Source of the DNA: Octopus sinensis
Taxonomy: Eukaryota
Reading direction: 5' to 3'
Length of the DNA: 64,000 nt
Assembly (NCBI RefSeq): GCF_006345805.1
Contig: NC_043002.1
Span: 13,888,001-13,952,000, forward strand
Shown here: positions 24,784-38,084 of the stretch, in pieces
Position numbering within the stretch: position 1 is the first letter of the stretch
Layout: the number at the start of each line of letters is the position of its first letter
The notes under the pieces: generated by a model
Database searches by the model: none
Told to the model about the DNA's origin: nothing
The model's input: the letters and a program-made list of their open reading frames with translations, nothing else
Position numbers and translations under genes: made by a program

Positions 24784-26507
24784 AGGTATATGTGTGTATC
24801 TATTTATAAATGTGTAGATGTGTATATGTTAGTTTGTTACTATTTTTATATATTTCTGCCTGTGTGTATATTTACATGTAGTCATATTTGTATGAGAGAG
24901 TTTGTGTGTGCATGTATAAGTATGCGTGTGTACATATCCGCGTAAAGCCGCCATAACCAAGAGTATCTTTTCATTTACTGGAGCAGGAATTCCACTTTTT
25001 CTTCACCTATTATTTATGCGTTGCATTGATTATCAACAATATGCAGCATTGTCGGTGGTGTTATGTTTCAATAACTTTGTCGAAAGTTTGTTTGTGAAAA
25101 AAGCTCTTTGTTTAATTGTACGGTTTAGTGTCCTACAGGAAATAAATTAATAATTTATTTAAGATAATAGATTGCAAAATAACCAACATAGACAAACTAT
25201 GTTGATGAGACATCATACATAAAGAAAAAAAAATATGAAAATGTTATTGAAAGAAAAATCCCTCCAAGACAAACGCACCAAAGTAAGTAAAACAATATAT
25301 TAAAACATACGGTAAATATACATATTAGAAATCAAAAAAAAGAAGACTTCTTGTTTTGGAATGTCAGGTGCTTACAATTTGAATGAAATATTCGATCACA
25401 CTTTGATGTGTGAAAAAACACCCTGAAGTATACTTAAATATTAATTTCTGAAAATGAGATTTAAATTGCCAAAGATGTTTTCTCTAAAAGAAGCGATTAT
25501 TTATTCATTTATCAGCGTATTTCTTTATCTGTTTCTTTATTCATTTCTTACTCTTAAATGAGAAAGCAATATTTAATCATTTGTGATTCTATCCTGAATG
25601 CTAATTGTTGTAAGAAAAATATAAGGAACATTGTCTTTTATTTATATAATTTGTTACAAAAAATGAATTACTATAATGAAATATTTTAAAGAACACATCT
25701 CTTTTACATTAAGAGAAACGAAAACAACAGAGAGGGATTAACCGTATTAATGTCTAAACCATTTAGACATAATTTGATGATTTATATTCCACCGAAAAAT
25801 TAAGCAATTATATGCCGGATTTATATTACAGACACCGCAAATTCTATCATCGTAGTATAATTTAATAGTAGCTTCTCATCACGAGGTACAAAAAGATAAA
25901 CAATCCTTAAATTAATCATTTACACTTTATCTAGTTTTATTCCATTCTCATTACAATTAAATCTTAACACTGTGTTTATCTTCAGTGATTAGAATCCTTG
26001 AAAATATTCTAAAAATGCCACTTAAACATTTCGTAAAATTCAACGTGAGATAGTTTCATTTTGATTTGTTTTTGAGCTGCAAATGTTATATCAGCCATCT
26101 CATTTGCCTGCTATAATTTACAACGTTTCTCGCTATATTAGATCTGTTCTTATTCTGCTTTAAATGCTATATTTCTTACATCTAAATTTATTTTCTCGTC
26201 ATATAGGACTGTATTTCTTTGGCTTTAGATACTTAAGAATTGAGATGAACCGATAGCGTGTCGTTCATTCAACCATTGTTTATTAATGATGTGCATTAAT
26301 TGCGAATCTGAATACGTGAAATGAGGGATCGATTCGCATGAAATTACAAACACTAAGAAATGAAGGGAACCATAAATGTAATGTGTAAATGTTTAAGGCA
26401 TATTTCAGTAATCTTGCTCGTTAAATCTCAGTAATTTTCATACGTAAACACACACACACCACATACACACATACATACACACACACCCACACACACACAT
26501 ACATGCA

Positions 26508-26543
<36 letters not shown>

Positions 26544-26793
26544 TATATCTACATGACATATATATTATAATATTATATATATTATGTATTGGCCCACACG
26601 CACACACGCACAATAAATGTTTTCTATATCTAAAAGATAATAACGAACAGCGAAAATCTAACGAAGACAAATGAATGAACGCAATCATAGACACACGCAT
26701 AGATGCATGTATGCTTATGTACACACACACACACATATATATATATAGATAACACACACCAACACACACAGACACCCACGCGCGCGCGCAAAT

Positions 26794-26824
<31 letters not shown>

Positions 26825-26978
26825 CACACACGCACACACACACTCGCGCGCGCAAATACACACACACACACATATATATACACACACACGCACACACACA
26901 CGCGCGCGCGCAAATACACACACACCATATATATATACACACACGCGCGCGCAAACACACACACACACACACGCGCGC

Positions 26979-27016
<38 letters not shown>

Positions 27017-27091
27017 GCACTCAAGATTATCGAAGCTCTCGATATTGATATTATTTCTATTTTTTTCTAATCCGTAAAACTCTAAATACTA

Positions 27092-27322
27092 TTTCTTCAC
27101 TACCCACAAGGGGCTAAACATAGAGGGGACAAACAAGGACAGACAAACGGAGTAAGTCGATTATACCGACTCCAGTGCGTAACTGGTACTTATTTAATCG
27201 ACCCCGAAAGGATGAAAGGCAAATTCGGCCTCGGCGGAATTTGAACTCAGAACGTAGCGGCAGACGAAATACCGCAAAGCATTTCGCTAGGTGTGCTAAC
27301 GTTTCTGCCAGCTCGCCGTCTT
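27092..27322 (-). mobile_element. Family-B SINE, full length
   Basis: 13 bp TSD actctaaatacta at 27079-27091 and 27323-27335. Confidence 0.92.
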
Positions 27323-28299
27323 ACTCTAAATACTAGACTTTAAATACTAGACACCAAATTCTGATTTATTCAGTCAACCCACACGAACAACAGAGAGTGT
27401 ATAACACAAATCTATTGTGTATGTCTGCAAAAGCTTTTGCTTCACATCTTTACAGTATCTCAATCAGAAGCCGAAATGTTAACGAGTTACTATATTTATC
27501 CGTTACAATGAAACCAGCAGTAAGACTTCGTTTACAAGAGAAAAAAGATGGATATAGAGGGGTTATGACAGGTTGAATAGTAGAAAGCAAGATGGACCTG
27601 GTAAAATGCAATTTTTGCTTAATGTACAAGGAGATTCAATTACAAACTTTCCAGTGTAACCTCGTGTCTGACATGAAAATGTGTCCCTTTCTATATCAGA
27701 AGCCCCTGTATCCAATACTTCTGTTTCTTTTTAAAACAGGATGCTCTGATTTGAAAGAGGTTTCTAGTATATTTATAGATTTTAAGGGGATGTTATAGAA
27801 TGATACCGAAATGTAAAGACATATGTCTCTTGATATAAACACTTGATACAAAATATACGGAAATGTATCTCCATTTAGAATATCGAATTGATAGCTTCTT
27901 ACCGTGTAAAAAAAAAAAACATTATAAAAAGTTTCCATAAATAAAACTTCTTGTAAGTCTCGACAAGTGCCATAACTACTAAACACTTCAGCGTTTTCGT
28001 CATTAGGATTCGCATCTCTCTCATAGGTACTGCGAAGATATTTGAAAGATGCAACGATTTTCGAAGTTTAATCACAAACCGTTATTTATATTTCCAAACA
28101 ATAACCCACTCAACCGCTTCTATATACTAGATCCAAATTGATTTATATATCCCTACATTATATGTGCACTCAGAAGAGATGTAGTTAATGTACGTCGCTG
28201 TGTAAAATTGCTATATATACCCGTTTGCTATCGAGTATGTCCCAGCTCAGTGGTTTAATCGCTTCAAGCTGAACTTTACTATGACTTATTTCCGATAAT

Positions 28300-29035
28300 A
28301 TATATTATATCTATATTGGTTTTTGTTATAGTAACATATGCCTTATTAAATTAAAGTGGCATTTGGAACAAGCTTTTGGAGATCGAAGGGTAAAGATCCA
28401 CATTGGCAAATGGAATAAATTTACATTTGGGTTTATCTTCTATTTTCATAAACCATTCAATAGTTGCTCAACTGCATATTAATTGGGTAAGATTTAAGTA
28501 TGCTCTGATATGTTTTACGATCTTATCTAATATGGATTTATTAATTCCTACTTCACTTTTTGTAGAATTTATTAATCTAGAGCTGAACTTTTCAGTGAAA
28601 TTATCTTTATGGTCATTCAGGATTATATACAAGTTTCGTGGAGTAACCTTCTATTGTAAACCTTGTGACTAATTTTTTTGGCATTTTTGTTAACTGAATT
28701 ATATGTGGCGGGGTTTGTTTTCATGCATATTTTAGTTATAATGCCGGTTACTACCTTGTTATGTGTGTGGTTGATTACGTCACAAATATTTGTTTGTTTT
28801 GCCTGATTTAATAAACATGTTTGTTGATGATTGAAAGTTTCCAGTATTTTTGCAATGTGTCTTGGAATGTGTTAGGATTTTTGTTAAATTTTACTTTTCT
28901 AATTAATTTTATAAGGACCTTTTCAAACTTTTCTAGGAATGTAATATGTGGTGGGTTTTTATAAATTTTGAAACCATAATTGTCCTCTGAATGAGAAGTG
29001 TACGTAACTTTGTCAAAACATAGGCCTTCCATTTC
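28300..29035 (-). pseudogene. Penelope-like element reverse transcriptase relic (N-terminal region through RT motif 3)
   Basis: NYGFKIYKNPPHITFLEKFEKVLIKLIRKVKF...FIKSGKTNKY...LNDHKDNFTEKFSSRLINSTKSEVG...IEWFMKIEDKPKCKFIPFANVDLYPSISK matches the PLE pattern LKDHKxNF..CRLINP.KSE.G..WF....FxQFDIxxFYPSI. Confidence 0.8.
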
Positions 29036-29058
29036 ATTCCTCTCTTGATATTTTCTGT

Positions 29059-29459
29059 TTACTCTCTTTTACTCTTTACTCTTTTACATGTTTCAGTCAT
29101 TTGACTGCGGACAGGCTGGAGCACCGCCCTTAGTCGAGCAAATCGACCCCGGGACTTATTCTTTGTAAGCCCAGTACTTATTCTATCAATCTCTTTTGCC
29201 GAACCGCTAAGTGACGGGGACGTAAACACACCAGCATCGGTTGTCAAGCAATGCTAGGATGACAAACACAGACACACACATATATATACATATATACGAC
29301 AGGCTTCTTTCAGTTTCCGTCTACCAAATCCACTCACAAGGCATTGGTCGGCCCGGGGCTATAGCAGAAGACACTTGCCCAAGATGCCACGCAGTGGGAC
29401 TGAACCCGTAAGCATGTGGTTGGTTAACAAGCTACTTACCACACAGCCACTCCTGCGCC
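29059..29459 (-). mobile_element. Family-A SINE, full length
   Basis: Complete head, body and (TTTTACTC)n tail. Confidence 0.9.
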
Positions 29460-29546
29460 TGTTTGGTCATTTCTTTGGAATATATATATAGGAATATATT
29501 TCTGTGATGATTTGGTAAACGGTGTCGCTTTTTACAATGCTGTAAG

Positions 29547-29605
<59 letters not shown>

Positions 29606-29767
29606 TTAATGGATTCGAGTCCCATCCGTACGAAAACCCCATATTTTTCGTCTAGGGCTTATATGCCCTATTATATGACTGTTTTCATTCGTCACTACAC
29701 GGTAATCACTTCTAAGCTTTAACCCTATACAATATATACCGTACGATATAATATATATATATATATA

Positions 29768-29855
<88 letters not shown>

Positions 29856-30014
29856 TATTGTGCGCGTGCGTTTAAGTATATACATTCACATATGTATATT
29901 TATATATGTATATGTGTCTGTATGCAAGTATATATATGTAAGTTGCATGATAACAAACGAAGAGCAATTTATGCAATGAACTGCAAGTTTATATCGGAAA
30001 GCTTATACATATAT

Positions 30015-30427
30015 GGCGCAGGAGTGGCTGTGTGGTAAGTAGCTTGTTTACCAACCACATGGTTCCGGGTTCTGTCCCACTGCGTGGCACCTTGGGCAAA
30101 TGTCTTCTACTATAGCCTCGGGCTGACCAATGCCTTGTGAGTGGATTTGGTAGACGGAAACTGAAAGAAGCCCGTCGTATGTATGTATATATATATATGT
30201 GTGTGTGTGTTTGTGTGTCTGTGTTTGTCCCCCTAGCATTGCTTGACAACCGATGCTGGTGTGTTTATGTCCCCGTTACTTAGCGGTTCGGCAAAAGAGA
30301 CCGATAGAATAAGTACTGGGCTTACAAAGAATAAGTCCCGGGGTCGAGTTGCTCGATTAAAGGCGGTGCTCCAACATGGCCGCAGTCAAATGACTGAAAC
30401 AAATAAAAGAGTAAAAGAGTAAAGAGT
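30015..30427 (+). mobile_element. Family-A SINE, full length
   Basis: Complete head, internal (TA)(TG) tract and (GTAAAAGA)n tail. Confidence 0.9.
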
Positions 30428-30888
30428 ATGGAATGATTACCTTCAAAAATTATTAAAATGCCTAAGAAATTAAGTATAGAGTTTGAAGGATAAAAGCGAC
30501 TCACAGAAATAGGTGGATTTAGAAAATACTGTGTGTGGGGCGTATACAAAGGCACAAGGCACATGATGAAGCTCTACAAAATATTCTGAAACATATATTG
30601 TGTTCTGATATCAAACTATTTGTATCTCTCTGCCTAGTTGAAAACTGACTAAGCCCGCGCACAGAAACGCACACACAAACACACACATTATATGTGTGTA
30701 TGTTATAGATATTCGTATACATAAATGTATAAATATTTGAACGTTCATGTTATATTTATACCGATAGCGATATTAGTCTGCATGTATACATATGTATATA
30801 GAGTTTACAATAAAAACAAACAAAAGACGAAGACGGCTGTGTAAACAACAAACAGATGTATTAGTTTAACGCTCGGGAAGTGAGAAAC

Positions 30889-30926
30889 TCCTTTACGTTT
30901 CGAGCCTACGCTCTTCGACAGAATGG
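30889..30926 (-). ncRNA. Hammerhead-like motif with A6U core variant (CUGUCGA)
   Basis: Minus strand tt-ctgtcga-a-gagc-gtag-gctc-gaaacgta-aagga; perfect 4 bp stem II; ACGU palindromic stem III. Confidence 0.5.
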
Positions 30927-31034
30927 AACAGAGAAATAAACAGGGAGAATATATATATATATATATTATATATATATATATATATCCTTACATTTATCTA
31001 TCCAATTATTTGTCTCTCTATATGCTATATGTAT

Positions 31035-31081
<47 letters not shown>

Positions 31082-31366
31082 GCAGATGAGTGACAACCTG
31101 GCCACTGGTAGTGGTGTAACACACCATACTAATCATATCTGTCGGGCATGTAAAAGAGTGTAATTCGGCAGGAGGACTTAAACGACATGCACAGGTACAT
31201 GAAGCTCAGTTCAAAACACAAGCCGGCCATTACCGGTAAAGGTTTTAGTGTCCAATCTGTACAAGACATTGTAGATCTTTAGCTGGGCTAAAAAGTCACA
31301 TTTGATCACAGCACAGTAACAGTTAAGTTTCATGCAATGCCCATACTCGATAACGAGGGGACAGCC

Positions 31367-31406
<40 letters not shown>

Positions 31407-31417
31407 AACATACATAT

Positions 31418-31464
<47 letters not shown>

Positions 31465-31649
31465 TATATATATATACATAGATATATATATATAACATAC
31501 ATATATATATATATACATACATATATATATATACATACATATATATATATTTACATATATATATATATAAACATACTATATATATATATATACATCTATA
31601 TATTATAATACATACATATATATATATACATACATATATATATAACATA

Positions 31650-31701
<52 letters not shown>

Positions 31702-31950
31702 CAAATATATATATATATATATATATCCAATTATATATATAATATATATATATATATTACATTATACATATAATAAGTTTGTGTGTGTGTGTGTGTGTGT
31801 TGTTTTCGTGGACATTTTATTTACTGTTCAGTTTTGTCAAGTAAACAAATGGACTATATTTTTTCCTTTCCGTGTGTGTTTTTTGGCTCCACTTACTCCC
31901 TTCATAGTAAGTCATGTATATATATATGGAGCAAGGAAACACACGGAAAG

Positions 31951-31995
31951 TGTCGCTGAAGAGGTCACAGATGCGTGACGAAAGATTTACGGACA
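31951..31995 (+). ncRNA. Minimal type-I hammerhead motif
   Basis: tgtcg-CUGAAGA-g-gtcac/gtgac-GAA-AGAUUU-A-cg(g)aca; stem I 5 bp with one bulge; UUA site. Confidence 0.65.
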
Positions 31996-32249
31996 ATGGA
32001 CAGGCGTTAAAATAATAAAATTACAGTAATAAACGAGTGAACATAAAAAAAAGCATAGTGCCCGTGTTTACGTGGCAAAAATAAATAAATAAATAAATAA
32101 GTAAATAGATAAAGTGTCCATTCCGAAAAAAAACAACAATATCTGTTTTAATACACGATTTCACATCAGGAATCTTTCAAAACGATTGATAAACCACACC
32201 TATACGCGCCATATATATACATATACAATATACATATCATACATAACAT

Positions 32250-32338
<89 letters not shown>

Positions 32339-33307
32339 TATGCATACACATACACACATACATACATCGGAGTATGTAGAATTTGAGGTGCTGTGTTAAG
32401 TGAAAATATGATACTTTCCTTCGCATGCTAGATTTGGCAGGTCGCTATTCTGGACCTGGGGTTCAGCTGTTCGACCAGGTTGTAAACTGAATATATTCGT
32501 AATTGGAATGTGTTTGAGAGTTTTAATAATAAAAACCTTTTTGCATAAAACTAAGGAAAAAAAGGATTTCTCCTCAGTTCAAAACATTGACAGGCAAGGT
32601 CACAACTGTAAGGTTTTTCTATGTTAAGCTTCACACATACTGTGACACATATGTTTTCACCTACCATTCATATATTATCATTTTATATATTTATGCGTTA
32701 TGTCCTCTGCTGTTTTTACACAAAAATGTATTTTGACAGTTTAGAAGAATTATCTTTATTATACTAAAGCAAAAAAGTGTGTTAAATATCTCATTCTTAT
32801 ACTTAAACGAAAAATGTTTCCTGAATCAGATTTACAAAGATTGATGCATTTTGTCCTCTTTTTATTGCTAGCTACTACATCATATTTTTACCACCCATCT
32901 ACTTCTGCAGACATTCATTGTTAATATGATAGTGAGTTTTCCTTCTGCAGTTATATTTCTTATATTTGCTCTGAGATGATTATCCAGTATTGCTATTTGA
33001 AACCTTAACCCTCTGTAACTAAAACGTAAATAACAATAGATGCAGTAGAGTGACTCGTTCGAAATAAGTACGACTAAGATTTTGAAAGCAAATGATTAAA
33101 GTTCAAGTGAATTATGTTTCTGATTTTGAATCACTTATATGTGCGCTCTATGGTCTTGGTTTTGGTTTTAACGCATGCTCTCGGATCAAATCATTTGCCT
33201 GTAACAATCTACCATTAATAGAAAAGTAACAAATAACTCATGAATTAATCGATACAGATTCCAACTAGGTTTGTCTATCTCTCTGTCTGTCTGTTTCCCT
33301 CTACTAT

Positions 33308-33716
33308 TTACTCTACTCTTTTACTCTTTTAATTGTTTCAGTCATTTGACTGCGGCCATGCTGGAGTACCACCTTTTAGTCGAGCAAATCGACCCCAGGA
33401 CTTATTTTTGGAAACCTAGTACTTATCCTATCGGTCTCCTTTGCCGAACCGCTAAGTTACGGGGCCGTAAACACACCACCATCGGTTGTCAAACACAGAC
33501 ATACAAACATATATATACACACACACACACATACATGTATATATACATATATACAACGGGCTTCTTTCAGTTTCCGTCTACCAGATCCACTCATAAGGCT
33601 TTGGTCGGCCGGAGGCTATAGTAGAAGACACTTGACCAAGTTACCACGCAGTAGGACTGAACCCGGAACCATGTGGCTGGTAAGCAAGCTACTTACCACA
33701 CAGCCACTCCTACGCC
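33308..33716 (-). mobile_element. Family-A SINE
   Basis: Head, body and tail all present. Confidence 0.88.
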
Positions 33717-33782
33717 TGAAGGGACGACAGCGTTAATATACAACTATCCAAAATTCAGTCTCCCTCCTTATATATATATCTA

Positions 33783-33814
<32 letters not shown>

Positions 33815-33859
33815 CATACATACATACATACATACTACATACATACATACATACATACA

Positions 33860-33895
<36 letters not shown>

Positions 33896-33899
33896 TATA

Positions 33900-35055
33900 T
33901 TAGGTTGTTTCGCATGAATTATCGCAATGTTAATTACTTGTTATTTCACTCACTTAAAAACTCAATTATGTGCCTCTTGCATTTAGCGTTGACTCTTTTT
34001 CTTTCCCAACAATATTGGTATCCAACAAAATTCGTACACACAGACCTTATACAAATGATAATCAAACTGTATTGAGTGATTTTCTTGTATGAGTATAAAC
34101 TGGGTCACTCTGCCGCAGAAGCTCTACGAAATATCAAGCGGGCCATTCGTAATGGTTTTGTTGACATCAAAACTGATCAGAGATGGTTCCAAAGCTCTCG
34201 TTCATGAGATGACAGCCTTGAAAATATTCCAAGGGTTAGGCCAAAATCAATTATTCAACATGATGGATTAAATGCTTTGGTTGAACCAAATTCCGAGAAC
34301 AATGGTTCGAAAACTTTCATCAGAACTCCAAACATCTCGCATAACTGTTTTTGGACACCTGTTAAAAATTGGAAAAGTCAAGAAAACAGATGGGTTTGTT
34401 CCACATCAACTGAATAAGATTTAAAAACACAAAAATAAAACAAACAAAACAGACGGCTCGAAGTGTGCTCCTTATTGCTTTCTGGAATGGAAAACGACTA
34501 TTTTTACATAAAATTATTACTTGTGATGAGAAATGGATATTCTTTGACAGCAGCAGAACAGGGATTAGAAATAGGTAAGTCACCTAAACACTACCGAAAC
34601 CCACCATTGCACCCTAAAAAGTCACTGTATGGTGGTCTGCGAAGGTAGTTATTTATTATTTATTTTTAAAACAAAGAAAAACGGTAACATCCACATCGTA
34701 TCACCAGGAAATTGGTTGTATGCATGAGAATTTGAAAAAGAAACAACCCAGACTAGTGAAGAGAGATGGCCCAATTTTGTTCCACGACAATGCACATCCT
34801 CACACTCCTCAAGCTACGGTCCAAAAGATGCAGAGCCTGAATTATGAGATTTTGCAGCATCCTCCTTATTCCTCTGATATCTCTCCTACTGATCATCACT
34901 TATTTAAGCATTTTGAACTTTTCATAAGCAACAAAACATTCTTAAATAGAGAAGAGGTGATAGGAGCATTCGGACAGTTTATCACAGCGAAAGAAGAATC
35001 TTTTTTAAAGATGGAATATATGGCATAGAGAGACGTTGGGTAAACGTCATAAAAT
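33900..35055 (+). pseudogene. Decayed mariner transposon (Hsmar1/cecropia-like transposase relic)
   Basis: Left TIR-like TTAGGTTGTTTCGCATGAATT after TA; IFLYEYKLGHSAAE, GKVKKTDGFVPHQL, FLHKIITCDEKWIFF, HDNAHPH and HPPYSSDISPTDHHLF; frameshifts; no right TIR seen. Confidence 0.9.
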
Positions 35056-35754
35056 ATATGCATGCACACATACGCATACACACACACACACACACACATA
35101 CACATACACACACGCACACACGCACACATATAATTTCCAAAAAACACTTTTTTAGCCTTTTGTCTTTGTCCATCTTCGTTTTCCCTTTCTTGTCTTCTCT
35201 TTTTTCTCTTTTTGTGTCTCCATTTACTTACTTTATATTTCCCATTGTAGCATATCGCAACAAAGGGTCTCCTTAACTTTTCGTCATGGTTAATCAACCA
35301 GTTGCATTACGAAGAACAAATGCAGAAATTCCAGTAGCCACAAGGTTGAAACATGCATAGAGACTGAATGATTGAAACTGCTGACTATTATAATATGCCG
35401 AACATTCTGTTTATCATAGCCAGTGATACAACTAAATATAATAGCAACCTTGGCACTATACTGGATGCAGTCTGCATGGCGATACTCTACATGAAGCTCT
35501 AAAATTGACATGGTATTTTTCACTTTTGCGTAGTACGATGAACAGTGCATTCATCTAAAATAAGTATCTTTACCCTTGCTTTTATTAAAATGTGAGTTTT
35601 TACCATTACACTTTTTACATCTAACTTTAAAAAGGATTAGGGTAGTGACACGCTTTGGTCATGAATGATCTTGGCATTGCACATAGAAAGTCATTATGCT
35701 CCGAGGTACGAGTTCGGACAAGTTTTTTTTTTTATATCACCTATGGATAGCGAC

Positions 35755-35955
35755 ATTCCCTTTGCATGCCACTGATGTTATCCAAGAGAAAGGCAAAGGC
35801 CGATACAGCTTGGCACCAGTGACATTCGCAACTTATTTCTGCAGATGAGTGAACTTCAAGAACGTAAAATAGAGTGTCTGGTTCAAGAACACAACATACA
35901 GAACAGCCCGGGAATCGAATTCACTGACTCATGATTCTTAGCCCGATGATTCTCA
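35755..35955 (-). mobile_element. Degenerate SINE with a family-C-like head/body and a different tail
   Basis: Reverse complement gives gttgtgttcttgaaccagacactctattttacgttcttgaagttcactcatctg, similar to the family-C body; the tail differs. Confidence 0.55.
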
Positions 35956-36390
35956 GACGGACACAGAAACACATACACACGCACACACACACACACACAT
36001 ACACACACACACACGCACATATGCACACACACTCAAACACACGCTTATGTGGTAGGTCTTACATTATATGTTATTACTGTCTTTCTGAACTTTTCAACTA
36101 TGCTTACCGAGAATAGGCCAAGACAAAACCAATGTAGGTGGAATATATTTGCATAATAAATCACTCATAATGCGCCAATATTGCATTATTGAAATTACTA
36201 TAATTTTAAGATGTGCATAAAATAATTTTTTTTCGATATTCAAAGACAAACATGCATGCCTATATATATGTATGCATACATATGTGCATGAATATGTGTA
36301 TGGACATGCGTGTATGTATATATATATATATATGCATACATACACACAAACATCTACACATATGACTATGTATATATATATATATATATA

Positions 36391-36923
36391 TATAACAATT
36401 TAGGAGTGACCCTTAACAGGCCATTCGTCCACCAGAAAGAGCAGCCATAACTCACACCGCCAAGTAGTAGTAATTCAGAAATTAGGTGAAAATTTAAAAA
36501 CATTTACCCTAATTCAACTTTTAGACGATGCATCGTTTCTGTGTTATTAATGATTAAATTAGCTTAATTAAATTAAATTAAGCTAATCTACCATAGGTCA
36601 CACTTCATCAGTAAAAAACCTGGGAGAGACAAATATACACGAGCGTCTGTATCGATGCCTCCGGAATATCTGTCTTAAAATTTTCAAGACCGACGTATTC
36701 GCGCCAAACTTATCAGCAGTAAATATACTGCCGATTCAATCTCAGAATTATTCAGAAAATTATCAATTAGTCAATTTAGGGTACAAAAAATTCAATAGAA
36801 ATTTATCGCTACCAGCGGCCTAGTGGAAAAGAGAAAATAGTCAAGACTAAATATATAAATATAACAATTTAGGAGTGACCCTTAACAGCCATTCGTCCAC
36901 CAGAAAGAGCAGCCATAACTCAC
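36391..36923 (-). mobile_element. 469 bp hammerhead-bearing unit with ~64 bp terminal redundancy
   Basis: 36391-36455 is repeated at 36860-36923 (one indel); internal hammerhead on the minus strand. Confidence 0.75.
36519..36616 (-). ncRNA. Type-I hammerhead motif with extended stem II
   Basis: tttta-CUGAUGA-a-gtgt...acac-a-GAA-ACGAUGCAUCGU-C-taaaa; 5 bp stem I; 12 nt palindromic stem III; GUC site; 12 bp internal hairpin attagcttaatt/aattaagctaat. Confidence 0.8.
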
Positions 36924-37747
36924 GACTAAAGGCGGTGCTCCAGCATAGCACCAGTCAAATGACTGAAACGAATAAAAGAGTACAGAATATGTATATGTGT
37001 CTGGGTGTGTGGGAGTGTGTGTTGAAAGGGATATATATATATAATATATATATAATATATATATAATATAATAATAATAAATATTAGGGAATAAATTCAA
37101 ATTTACAGGGAAAATCAGATTTAGGATTGAATCTAATTTTATAGTAAAATATTATATAATATTAATTAGAGACAAAACCACTATTTTGCAAATCAAACAA
37201 AGAAAGACTTAATCCAATACAATGTGTGGTTGTCATGCAGAGTGAGTGTGTTTATGAATGAGGGTTGTATGTGTGTGTGTGGGAGTACGAATAAGTAATG
37301 TGTTTAAGTATACGGCTACTTTATTAATTTATCATTGCCTAGATGTTTATGTGTATGTATAGAGATATATATACGGGTGTGTGAGTTAGTGTATGTATTT
37401 AGATATGTTTATATATATACTTAGTTATATGTTTATGAGCATGTGTGTTTATACATTTTTTTTATTTTATTTAAACAAATTTTTTTTTTAATTTTTGTTT
37501 TTTGAAATTAGATTATTCATCTTTAAATATGAGAACTTAAATACTAGGTTTCTTTATATTCAATTGTTTATAGAGGTTAATTTAGTTCTTGATTATATAT
37601 AGATTATATATAGATTATATATAGATTCTATATATATATATATATATTATATATATATATATGTAGGTCCCGGGTTGAGTCGGGGTTAACCACAGTAAAT
37701 AAGGTACTCAATACATAGCAGAGTAAATTAATTTATTATATAGAAGG

Positions 37748-37798
37748 AGCTTCTACAGGACTAGAACTGTTTCATTCAAAAGAAATCATCAGGAAGCT
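37748..37798 (-). ncRNA. Type-I hammerhead motif (mirror copy in the palindrome)
   Basis: Exact reverse complement of 37795-37845. Confidence 0.75.
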
Positions 37799-37845
37799 TC
37801 CTGATGATTTCTTTTGAATGAAACAGTTCTAGTCCTGTAGAAGCT
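37795..37845 (+). ncRNA. Type-I hammerhead motif, monomer-competent fold
   Basis: agcttc-CUGAUGA-t-ttc-tttt-gaa-t-GAA-ACAG-ttctagtc-CUGU-A-gaagct: 6 bp stem I, 3 bp stem II, 4 bp stem III, GUA site. Confidence 0.8.
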
Positions 37846-38084
37846 CCTTCTATATAATAAATATATATATATATATATATAATATATATATATATATTAT
37901 ATAAAAGGGCTTAGTAAAATAAATTACTTTGCCGCATACTGAACTCATTAGAAATAGCAGCTAAAAAACATTTATAAACTATTTCTAATACTTAAAGAAA
38001 ACCTCTCTCATATAGTGTTTGCTCAATTCAACTCACGGAAGTATGGGGGGTAGAGACATTAAAAAATCAGATGCAAAGGTTATT

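Larger units (their letters stand above)
37731..37862. repeat. Perfect spacerless 132 bp palindrome
   Basis: 66 bp arms centred on aag|ctt (37796/37797). Confidence 0.95.
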
